Shown here piece by piece: positions 1-7,237 of a DNA stretch of 64,000 nucleotides; the stretch's first letter is position 1; each line of letters begins with the position of its first letter. Origin of the DNA: a virus. The position numbers and the translations under genes are program-made. The stretch lies in the IMG/VR virus record IMGVR_UViG_3300044691_000116, positions 9,234-73,233 of that record. One strand, 5' to 3'. The notes beneath the pieces were generated by a model. It saw only the letters and a list, made by a program, of their open reading frames with translations, had not been told where the DNA came from and made no database searches.

Positions 1-1
1 C

Positions 2-109
2 ATGGAATCGCAGTACGACCAGCGCAAGCCCGTCGCCTGGGAACGCGCTCGCGCCGCACTCAACCCACCTCCCGCTGCGGGCGATAGCGCTGTGAAGGGG
101 GCGCTGTGA
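2..109 (+). CDS. Probable 3' end of a phage early hypothetical gene (may be truncated by the window edge)
   Basis: Open frame to TGA at 107-109, overlapping the GTG of the next ORF. Confidence 0.5.
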   Translation: MESQYDQRKPVAWERARAALNPPPAAGDSAVKGAL

Positions 110-363
110 AGGCCCGCCGCGTCACGCTTGCGCTTGGTCGGTCGGCGCTCGAAGAGGTGTTCTATGTCCCCGAGACTGTCCTCGATGCTGGCCGAGTCAG
201 GGATTACGAACTCGCCGCGTGCCGCCTGTTCCTTGCGTGGCAGAACGGCTTCCCGCACGTTCGCCGTCCCATCTGTGAAATCGAAGGGCTACCGCTTGAG
301 TCGGCGGCAATGAACAAGGCCCTATTCCGGTCACCGAAGTCCAGGAAGGAACAAGCAGTATGA
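106..363 (+). CDS. Phage hypothetical protein
   Basis: GTGA/ATGA overlaps with both neighbours. Confidence 0.6.
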   Translation: MKARRVTLALGRSALEEVFYVPETVLDAGRVRDYELAACRLFLAWQNGFPHVRRPICEIEGLPLESAAMNKALFRSPKSRKEQAV

Positions 364-974
364 CCCCCACCGACCAGCCGATCAACCTGCCGCCGCTGCC
401 CAGCGACCTGTCGATTTCCTACCTCGCGGCGAAGGCAAAGAACCCAGCGCCCGACACCGCAGACCGCTATATCGACGTTCTCGCAGACCGCGCAGCTCAA
501 TCCGAGGCTCAGTCACCCCAGGGGGGCGAAGCGGCACAGGCCGAGCCGGTTTGCGAGCGAAGAAGATGCCGGCTGCATGACGCATGCTACGGGCACTGCC
601 TGAAGACTGACGCCACTCCCGCTGCCGCACAGGCCGGCGCACCGGGACGAAGTGAGCGGGAGGGGCCGGTGGCGCTTGAGAACAGGCTCATGGGACTCGC
701 AGCGCATCTCCGAATGGGAAGCGCGCCGGAGTTGGTCGCCGCCATTCTCGATGAAGTCGCGGGACGAAGTGAGCATGCGGTGCCGGAGCCGAGCGACCGC
801 GTTCGCCTTCGTGCCGCGCAAGCCGCCGCTGTGATGCCCATGATCGGCCTGCTGCTCGACGCGTGGGAGCACGCGAGGCATCACATAGTCAATGACAGGG
901 AATGCACCGAACTGTCGAAGCAACTTCGAGCCATCAACCGAGCCATGGAAGAGGCGGGAGACGATCATGAGTGA
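360..974 (+). CDS. Phage hypothetical protein, Ala-rich, with a CxxxxCxxHxxCxxxC cluster
   Basis: Coupled ORF in the early operon. Confidence 0.7.
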   Translation: MTPTDQPINLPPLPSDLSISYLAAKAKNPAPDTADRYIDVLADRAAQSEAQSPQGGEAAQAEPVCERRRCRLHDACYGHCLKTDATPAAAQAGAPGRSEREGPVALENRLMGLAAHLRMGSAPELVAAILDEVAGRSEHAVPEPSDRVRLRAAQAAAVMPMIGLLLDAWEHARHHIVNDRECTELSKQLRAINRAMEEAGDDHE

Positions 975-1332
975 TTTCAAAATCCCTACCGGGTACGCCC
1001 TCGTGCCGCTGGAGCCGACGCCGAACATGGAACGTGCCGCCTCGGATGCCTACCTCGGATCGCATGGCTATGGTGCGGCGTGGATTCGCGCCGTCTTCGC
1101 GGCCATGTTGCGTGCAGCTCCCCCGCAACCCCTCATGCATGGGGCGCCAGAGAGCGTGCGACAGCCGCTGACGGAGGATGTCATCTCCGACATTGTCGAC
1201 CGGCTTGAGGAATCGCCGACCTCACTGGCTCACGCAAAGCACGACGACATCGTTCTGCTCGTTCGCGCCATTGAGCTGGCGCATGGCATCGACTCGGCTA
1301 CAGCAATGAAGGCAGCGGGAGCGCGGGAGTGA
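967..1332 (+). CDS. Phage hypothetical protein
   Basis: Start MSDFKIPTGYALVPLEPT after GGAG; PxGYxLVPxEPT is typical of phage early proteins. Confidence 0.75.
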   Translation: MSDFKIPTGYALVPLEPTPNMERAASDAYLGSHGYGAAWIRAVFAAMLRAAPPQPLMHGAPESVRQPLTEDVISDIVDRLEESPTSLAHAKHDDIVLLVRAIELAHGIDSATAMKAAGARE

Positions 1333-1886
1333 GCGACACCCCATACACCCTCAAGGCGATGGCTCTGGCCCAGGCGTATCGCACTGCCGATTACGCTAGC
1401 CTCGACGCTACCCGCGAAGCCCTTCTCACCCACCTACGTGCTGCGCAAGCCGCTCCTGCCAACTTCAATGTGGCATGGGATCGCGAGATCGCGAATAACA
1501 ACGGTGTCCAGATCGGCGCCGACTACCGGCACTGGATGCTAATCGGATGGCGGGCTGCGCAGGCCGTGCCGGAAGCCCGCTGGTGCAAGCACTGCGGCGA
1601 GACAACGGTAGCCGGGCTGTGTCGATCCCCTGAACCCGTAGGCCACGAAGCCCGCCGCCGCGCTTACCAGGAGGGCCACAGGGATGGAGAGGCTCAGGCC
1701 AGGGCGGAAGCGCTGGAGCAGGCTGCCAAGTTCGTCGAGGAGAACCGCCTCATCAGCGGCGGCAACGGCCCGAACTTCTCGTTCGGATGGGCGGAGGCGG
1801 TCGAAGCATCCGCGCTCGGCATCCGCGAGATTCTCATGAAGCCCAAACGCGCCACGAAGCCGGCTCAGGAGGGTGACCATGTCTGA
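1329..1886 (+). CDS. Phage hypothetical protein
   Basis: GTGA coupling, CxxC motif. Confidence 0.7.
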   Translation: MSDTPYTLKAMALAQAYRTADYASLDATREALLTHLRAAQAAPANFNVAWDREIANNNGVQIGADYRHWMLIGWRAAQAVPEARWCKHCGETTVAGLCRSPEPVGHEARRRAYQEGHRDGEAQARAEALEQAAKFVEENRLISGGNGPNFSFGWAEAVEASALGIREILMKPKRATKPAQEGDHV

Positions 1887-2256
1887 TCGGGAGTTGCTTG
1901 AAGCTGCGGCTCGCGCCTTCTGGGCCGGTGAGATCGACGATGTCGTGTCGATCGAGTGGGGCACCCAGGACGACTGCATTCTGTACACCCACGCCGACAA
2001 CCAAGACCACAACGGCCACGACCGCGCGTTTCGATGGGATCCACTGGAGGAAAATCACGACGCATTCGAGCTGGCGGTGAAACTCAATCTCATGATCTTT
2101 CCGGATGATGACCCAAAGGGGGATCGCCGCTACAGCCTCGTCGAATGCGGGATCACTGGCAAATTCGGATCGGTGGATTGGACTGACGATCCCTATGCCG
2201 CCACCCGTCGGGCCATCGTCCTCTGCGCCGCTGCTCTTGCGAAGGACACCCCATGA
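1879..2256 (+). CDS. Phage hypothetical protein (NinX-like WxPL...DAFELAVKL and AATRRAIV motifs)
   Basis: GGAGGG RBS; motif recognition. Confidence 0.7.
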   Translation: MSDRELLEAAARAFWAGEIDDVVSIEWGTQDDCILYTHADNQDHNGHDRAFRWDPLEENHDAFELAVKLNLMIFPDDDPKGDRRYSLVECGITGKFGSVDWTDDPYAATRRAIVLCAAALAKDTP

Positions 2257-2420
2257 AACTCCGCAACCTGAAGCACCACAACGTCTCCGCCCTGCTGGCA
2301 ACGCCACGCGTCTATCTCCGCGTTCCCGGCGGAATTCCTCGCCAGGACGCCTACCGAGCACTGCGCAACATGACCAAGAATGGCCGCATCGTGTGGCCGA
2401 AGAGGGAGGGGGCATGCTGA
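2253..2420 (+). CDS. Small basic hypothetical protein (55 aa, not in the ORF track)
   Basis: ATGA overlap, AAGGA RBS, translates MKLRNLKHHNVSALL...REGAC*. Confidence 0.6.
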   Translation: MKLRNLKHHNVSALLATPRVYLRVPGGIPRQDAYRALRNMTKNGRIVWPKREGAC

Positions 2421-2707
2421 CCGCTGCGCAACTTGCTACCGAACTGAACGTCAGCGTCCGCCACGTTGAGCGCTGCGCCGCGGCCGGGATGCCGTCCATT
2501 CTCGTCGGCGCCCGAGCCAAGAGGTACGATCCAAAGACCTGCCTATCCTGGCTTGCAGAGCACAGCGGAGAACTGTCCACATGCCGATCAAACGCACCCC
2601 GCAAGGCGGTTTCTCGGTTCGTGTCTGCGTCCGCGGTCAACGAGCTCACCGCCGCCTCGCGCCGGGCACTCCTGCGTCTGACGCAAAGAGAGTCGAATCA
2701 GAGCTGA
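2414..2707 (+). CDS. xis: Excisionase / recombination directionality factor (winged HTH)
   Basis: MLTAAQLATELNVSVRHVER...G.P.I.VG..KRYD pattern; GGAGGGG RBS; overlaps the int 5' end by 127 nt. Confidence 0.75.
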   Translation: MLTAAQLATELNVSVRHVERCAAAGMPSILVGARAKRYDPKTCLSWLAEHSGELSTCRSNAPRKAVSRFVSASAVNELTAASRRALLRLTQRESNQS

Positions 2708-3564
2708 GGGTTGCGCTAGAGCGCAAGGCGCCCGAGAAGCGCTCGGTGGCTATCCCCGGCGACCCACCCATGTTCGACGTGCTCACGCTCTACACCGAGG
2801 AGGCGGAGCACCTGCGCAGCCCGAAGACGAACCAGAGCCATGCCGCCCGGATCGCCGCCCACGTCCGGGAGTACCGGGCCAGTGACGCTCGAGCTTGTGC
2901 AGCAAACTTCGTGAAAAAGGCCCGCGCCGGGAAGTTCGCCGTTGGCACGATCAACCGCAGTTTGGGCTGCATGCGCCGCGGGCTGTATCTCGCGTGGGAG
3001 AAGGGGCTGACGCGCGAGGACTACAGCACCCAGGTCAAGGCGCTCCCCGAGCACAATGCCCGCGAGACGCATCTTTCCGTCGCCGAGGTGCGCACGCTGG
3101 CCGATGCTGCGAGCGAGAACGTTCGGGCAGCCATCTGGATCGCGCTTCTGACGGGGTGCCGGCGAGGCGAGGTCTGCCAGATCAAGGCCAGCGACATCGG
3201 CGCCGACTCGATCCTGATCCGGGCCGGTAACACGAAGACCCTGAAGACGCGCACGGCGCCCATCTTCCCGGCCCTTCGGCCATGGTTGGGCTACCTGCCC
3301 CTTGCTATCAACTTCGAAGGCGTGAAATCTGGCTTCCGGCGCGCGCGTGAGGCTGTCGGAATGCAGCATGTCCAGTACCGTGACCTGCGTCGGTCTTGCG
3401 GGATGCTGCTACTGTCGCTCGACGTTCCGCTCGACGTGATCCGCGACGTGCTCGGCCACGCCAGCATTAAGACCACGGAGACGCACTACGCGCACGCGAT
3501 CGTCTCGCGTCAGCGCTCGGCGCTGGAAAAGCTAGGCGCCCTGACCGAAGGCAAGGCCGCGTAA
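2581..3564 (+). CDS. int: Tyrosine integrase
   Basis: TGCRRGE (R), NTKT (K), RDLRRS (HxxR position), LGH, THY (Y). Confidence 0.95.
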   Translation: MPIKRTPQGGFSVRVCVRGQRAHRRLAPGTPASDAKRVESELRVALERKAPEKRSVAIPGDPPMFDVLTLYTEEAEHLRSPKTNQSHAARIAAHVREYRASDARACAANFVKKARAGKFAVGTINRSLGCMRRGLYLAWEKGLTREDYSTQVKALPEHNARETHLSVAEVRTLADAASENVRAAIWIALLTGCRRGEVCQIKASDIGADSILIRAGNTKTLKTRTAPIFPALRPWLGYLPLAINFEGVKSGFRRAREAVGMQHVQYRDLRRSCGMLLLSLDVPLDVIRDVLGHASIKTTETHYAHAIVSRQRSALEKLGALTEGKAA

Positions 3565-3565
3565 A

Positions 3566-3640
3566 TGGTGGGCGGTGCAGGTTTCGAACCTGCGACCCCG
3601 TCCGTGTGAAGGACGTGCTCTACCCCTGAGCTAACCGCCC
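3566..3640 (-). tRNA. tRNA-Val(CAC), complete, 75 nt with encoded CCA
   Basis: Reverse complement GGGCGGTTAGCTCAGGGGTAGAGCACGTCCTTCACACGGACGGGGTCGCAGGTTCGAAACCTGCACCGCCCACCA folds into a full cloverleaf; anticodon arm CGTCC-TTCACAC-GGACG. Confidence 0.95.
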
Positions 3641-3644
3641 GGCT

Positions 3645-3820
3645 ATGCACCAGTGCCATGCACCAGCAGCCGTAAGTAGTTGATTCATATGGTAAAGCCC
3701 TTGCCGTGTGAAGGCCATTTGGCGGGGCCTGTCGCCCTAGTGCTACCGGGCGTAGAGGGGTCTGCTGACGGGCCGTTTCCGCGTCTGTCGGCCATGGTTT
3801 TGCACCAATCCATGCACCAG
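3645..3820. other. attP: arm-type repeats, IHF site and core
   Basis: TGCACCA(G/A) direct-repeat pairs at 3645-3666 and 3801-3820; IHF consensus WATCAANNNNTTR (AATCAACTACTTA, minus, 3673-3685); core GCCTTCACACGGCAAGGG (minus, 3698-3715). Confidence 0.8.
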
Positions 3821-3841
3821 CCTCAGCGCCAGAATGTCCGA

Positions 3842-4081
3842 ATGCTCTACGACCGCGCCCCCTCCTCCCCCGAGACCGGCCACCCCTGCTGGTACTGCCA
3901 GCACTACGGCGGCCCGGCCTGGGGCGACTCGAGCCTGGCGCTATGCAAGCGCGACGGTGAGCATTGCCGGTCGCAGGCTGAGCGCGGATGCGCGTACTTC
4001 GAACGCCTTCCCGGCGTCGACGATGATGGGTGGGAACCGGCGCCGATGGTCTACAAGCCGCTGAAGCCCATCAAGCGATGA
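3842..4081 (+). CDS. Small Cys-rich (probable Zn-binding) protein
   Basis: CWYCQH...C...C...CAYF; start placed downstream of attP. Confidence 0.6.
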   Translation: MLYDRAPSSPETGHPCWYCQHYGGPAWGDSSLALCKRDGEHCRSQAERGCAYFERLPGVDDDGWEPAPMVYKPLKPIKR

Positions 4082-5255
4082 TGGCTGCCTTTGGCGGCGT
4101 TGCCGGCTTGCGCGTGTGGCCGTCGATCACGCGCTGCAGCAGGTTCAGCACGATCCCCGTGAACACGAGCTTGACCTGGATCTGGTACGGGTCGCGGAAG
4201 AAGATGAACGGCAGGATGCTGACCAGGAGGCAGTACAGCGCGCGGGAGTGCGGCGTTGTCGCCTTGAGGGCCGCGCGCCCCAAGAACGCGCCGACGGCAC
4301 CGACGAACATCAGTCCACCGATGAACCCGAAATTTCCTATCGTGGCGACGATGATGCTTTGCGCGCCGAACGGCGACTGATATTCGGGGTAGAGGTCGGT
4401 CAACTGAACGATGTGGTCGACCTTGTCAGGCCAGATCGAGCTCGGGATTATGTTGACGAATGAGCTGATGAACTCGCCGGGGAACGCGAACCAGTGCCAG
4501 TTGTCGCCGAGCACAAACGAGATCCCGGATATGTCCGTAAACAGCGGCTCGGCGAACAGGAAAAAACCCAGGCCCGCGAGATCGAACGAACCCAGGCGCA
4601 GCATCCCGATCGCCGCGAACACCAGCGGCGCCACGACGATCCACTTGATAATGCGCAACCGATCTTTTCGTGTGCGCGCGACCCATTTCCAGCGATGGAA
4701 AATCACCGCTGCGAACGTCGACGCGACGTAGATCCGGCCGCCCATACTCAGGAGCGCCAACGAGGACACCAGCAACAGCAGGCCGAAGGCGAGCGAGTAT
4801 CTGCGAAGGGCTGCCTCTTTGCACGCGATGTACTGATAGAGCAGAACCATTTCGAGGGTCGCGATCGGGCCCATGAGGCTTGGATCGACGCCGCCCACGT
4901 AACCGCCGAACAGGAGCTCGCGCGCCTGGAGCGCAAACGTGAGTAGCAGGAGCACATAGATCGGAAGAAGGAGCTTGCTCGAAAAGCGCGGCCGCACACC
5001 CGTACGAAAGGGCCTGGACTTGAACTGGCGTGCGACCCAGTTGCCCGCGATGTAGCAGGCCGGCAGCAACAACACGTAGGCCGCCAGTGCGTACCATCGG
5101 GCAGTGCGGAGGTCGAACTGATCGGCAAATGGCGCCGCCTGGTCGACGAGCGCGAACAGGTTGAAGTACCCGGCAGCCATCGGCAGCCCCAGGTAGTAGA
5201 CCCAGCCGATCAGGAACATATGGACGTGGGACAGCTTGCTCGGACTGGGGGTCAT
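4071..5255 (-). CDS. O-antigen/EPS polymerase (Wzy-like) moron
   Basis: ~394 aa, about 10-11 hydrophobic segments, GGR after a TM, large loop followed by IGNFGFIGG; start taken at MTPSPSK. Confidence 0.75.
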   Translation of the reverse strand: MTPSPSKLSHVHMFLIGWVYYLGLPMAAGYFNLFALVDQAAPFADQFDLRTARWYALAAYVLLLPACYIAGNWVARQFKSRPFRTGVRPRFSSKLLLPIYVLLLLTFALQARELLFGGYVGGVDPSLMGPIATLEMVLLYQYIACKEAALRRYSLAFGLLLLVSSLALLSMGGRIYVASTFAAVIFHRWKWVARTRKDRLRIIKWIVVAPLVFAAIGMLRLGSFDLAGLGFFLFAEPLFTDISGISFVLGDNWHWFAFPGEFISSFVNIIPSSIWPDKVDHIVQLTDLYPEYQSPFGAQSIIVATIGNFGFIGGLMFVGAVGAFLGRAALKATTPHSRALYCLLVSILPFIFFRDPYQIQVKLVFTGIVLNLLQRVIDGHTRKPATPPKAAIIA

Positions 5256-5302
5256 CGGCGGCTCGTGAATATCGAGCCGCATTCTCGCATCCCGCCTGAG
5301 GT

Positions 5303-5346
5303 CAAAATCCCCGCCGGCCGTGCAGGCGCCTGCAGCACCGGCGGGG
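5303..5346 (-). terminator. Rho-independent terminator-like hairpin
   Basis: CCCCGCCGG...CCGGCGGGG stem followed by ATTTT on minus. Confidence 0.55.
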
Positions 5347-5380
5347 CCACCCCAACGAAACGATCCCTGACACGAGCCCC

Positions 5381-5424
5381 AAAACGCAGAAAACCGCCCG
5401 ACCGGCGCTAGGCCAGTCGGGCGG
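5381..5424 (-). terminator. Rho-independent terminator-like hairpin
   Basis: CCGCCCGAC...GTCGGGCGG stem followed by TTTTCTGCGTTTT on minus. Confidence 0.65.
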
Positions 5425-5430
5425 ATGATC

Positions 5431-5471
5431 TGTGGATAACCTGTTGACAGGTTATGTGGGTAACTTACAAT
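5431..5471 (+). promoter_or_regulatory. Sigma70-type promoter overlapped by a palindrome and DnaA-box-like 9-mers
   Basis: TTGACA (5444-5449)-N16-TACAAT (5466-5471); TAACCTGT-TG-ACAGGTTA (5437-5454); TGTGGATAA (5431-5439) and TGTGGGTAA (5455-5463). Confidence 0.7.
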
Positions 5472-5477
5472 GCGCGC

Positions 5478-5593
5478 ATCGTAGTCGGGAACTCTGACAC
5501 GCGGGGGCTGCCAGGATGCGCATCCTGGAGAGTTGGCGTTGCGCCCCCTCCGACACGCGAAGAGGGCCGCCGTGCATGGCGGCCTTCGGTTTT
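5478..5593 (+). ncRNA. Candidate structured small RNA
   Basis: Lies between a near-consensus promoter and a terminator-like hairpin (GGCCGCC...GGCGGCC, then TTCGGTTTT); several complementary segments; no ORF with an RBS. Confidence 0.5.
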
Positions 5594-5850
5594 CAGGGCC
5601 GCCGCGACAGCCTTCCGTGCAGCCACATCCCGGCCATCGCACCCAGGCCGGCACCGAACCCGATCGGCAGCACAATCCAGCCCCACCCGCGCGTCGCCGC
5701 CTGCCAAGTGACGTACACCTCGCAGACGGCCATCGCAAGCGACGTCGGCAACACCCACAGATACTTGCCGCTCGAGACGTTGAGTTGCTGAAACGATTTG
5801 AGCAGCACGAAGACGAAGGCGGACGAGAAGGCCAGGGCGAACAGCATCAT
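5593..5850 (-). CDS. Small membrane protein (~3 TM)
   Basis: MMLFALAFSSAFVFVLLK...; ATGA coupling with the upstream gene. Confidence 0.75.
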   Translation of the reverse strand: MMLFALAFSSAFVFVLLKSFQQLNVSSGKYLWVLPTSLAMAVCEVYVTWQAATRGWGWIVLPIGFGAGLGAMAGMWLHGRLSRRP

Positions 5851-6227
5851 GCGCCCGCGCCGGGCCGGCGCTTGTCCTTCAGGATCTCGAACAGCAGGCC
5901 CTGAGCGTTGAACAGGATCGCGCAGAGGTCGGCTTCCATATCCGGCGCCGCCATCGGGTCTTGAACGACGAATCCACGGTGTCGCGTCCAGAGGTGCAGG
6001 ACGTGTCGCCACATGCCCTTGACATAGGCCTCGCGCGGGATGCCCTTCTGCCAGTTGTCGCCGCTGCGCACCGACCCGTCAGGCTGCACGCGGTTGGCCT
6101 GCATGTATTCGCTGAAGCGTTCGATGACGATGGGCGACAGGAAGGCCTCGGGGTCATAGCGGCCGGCGTCGCTCGAGCGCGTGGCGCCTGTGTCGAAGGC
6201 GCGGACCAGAGCGGTTGGTTCAGTCAT
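5847..6227 (-). CDS. dATP/dGTP diphosphohydrolase-domain protein (DUF5664-like)
   Basis: FDTGATR...RYD...DNWQKGIP...RH...CAILFNA motifs. Confidence 0.8.
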   Translation of the reverse strand: MTEPTALVRAFDTGATRSSDAGRYDPEAFLSPIVIERFSEYMQANRVQPDGSVRSGDNWQKGIPREAYVKGMWRHVLHLWTRHRGFVVQDPMAAPDMEADLCAILFNAQGLLFEILKDKRRPGAGA

Positions 6228-7133
6228 GCGGGCTTTCCGTGGTGGCTGCGCGCTTGCGCGCGATGGCGGCTTTCATCGACGCGGACCGCTTGGTGCGGGT
6301 TTCTAGAGAGATGTTGGCTGCTCGCTCTGCGCAAGCGCGTCGCTGCTCAACCGACAAGGGTTCGCGCGGGCGCCGGTTTGCGGCGGCATTTCGGGCGCGC
6401 CATTCAGGGTCTTGGGCGCGCCTCTCGGCCGCGTCCTTCATGTGGCGCCGCGATTCTGCAGAGAGTGGCCCGCGCGAATTCCGTGCCGCTACCAACCTCT
6501 CGCGCACTTCCGGGCGCATAAGGCCTTCATATCGCTTGGCAACCATCTCGGGGTGCTTTGCACGGTCGGACGCGGCGCGGCGGTACTCTTCAGCATCAGC
6601 CGACTGCCAGAAAGCAGACGTGCTTTCCGAAGTCTTTTGGCGAACTTCCGGCCTGCGCAGCACTGCGGTGCGTCTGGCGTGCATCGAAGGGCCCGCACAG
6701 CCGCCAGGAAGTTCGCGATACGCTCCGGGTCTTGGTGGCGCTCCAACATCATCTGGCGACGTGCGGCTTGGATGATGGGGTTGGCCGCCATCGCAAGCGC
6801 CCTTTGGCGCGTTGCCTCTCGCAACCGTTCCGAGACCACCACCCCAGGAGCGCCCCTACCGCCGCGCGTCTTGTTCACGAGTGAAACTCCCTCGGCGCCA
6901 AGGGCCGCTATCCACTCCCCTTCCGCCGCATATGCATCATCTTCCGCGTCAAAGTACGCGACGATCTCCGCATCGAAGCGCCCCTTATTCTTGAGGACAA
7001 CGCTGTTCCAGTGGGCTCCGCGGCCGACACCGCTACGAGCGCGGTTGCCGCTGCCCTTGCCGACGTAGAAGACGGCGCCAGTGTCCGGACGGCGATGGAT
7101 ATAGACGTAGAACTTAGAATGGCGATCAGCCAT
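6220..7133 (-). pseudogene. GIY-YIG homing endonuclease with a helical-repeat C-terminus, split by a 1-nt frameshift near 6697
   Basis: FYVYIH...FYVGKG...R...E...N catalytic domain in 6489-7133; the xxxPExxxR repeats continue in the -1 frame (6220-6684), which overlaps the start of the next gene. Confidence 0.7.
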
Positions 7134-7139
7134 GAGCCG

Positions 7140-7237
7140 AACCTCCGCAAAAGGTTGGTGATTGGTTAGGCCCCGCAGTCGTGTTAGCGCACGCTGCGGG
7201 GCTGCCTGAATTCTAATGGATGTGCGTCAAGGATCAA
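7140..7237 (-). promoter_or_regulatory. Promoter and structured leader of the GIY-YIG gene
   Basis: TTGATC-N16-TAGAAT; hairpin GCCCCGCAG...CTGCGGGGC (7170-7202); AACCT/AGGTT hairpin over the GGAGG SD. Confidence 0.6.

Noticed and set aside
3645-3820. CRISPR or mini-array from the TGCACCAG repeats
   Set aside because: Repeats are only 8-9 bp and come in pairs, which fits integrase arm sites; no CRISPR array or cas gene was seen in the window
5430-5450. LexA (SOS) box
   Set aside because: CTGT and ACAG are separated by 2 or 13 nt, not the 8 nt of CTGT-N8-ACAG
5256-5738. N-terminal 160 aa of the 555 aa ORF as part of Wzy
   Set aside because: It crosses terminators, a promoter and another gene, and its composition is not protein-like; the start is more plausibly 5255
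5847-6227. 2-aminoadenine (Z-genome) pathway
   Set aside because: DUF5664-like gene is present, but no PurZ or phage DNA polymerase is seen in the window
6220-7233. Group I intron hosting the GIY-YIG gene
   Set aside because: Flanking genes look complete and distinct, and no intron core elements were seen; it appears free-standing
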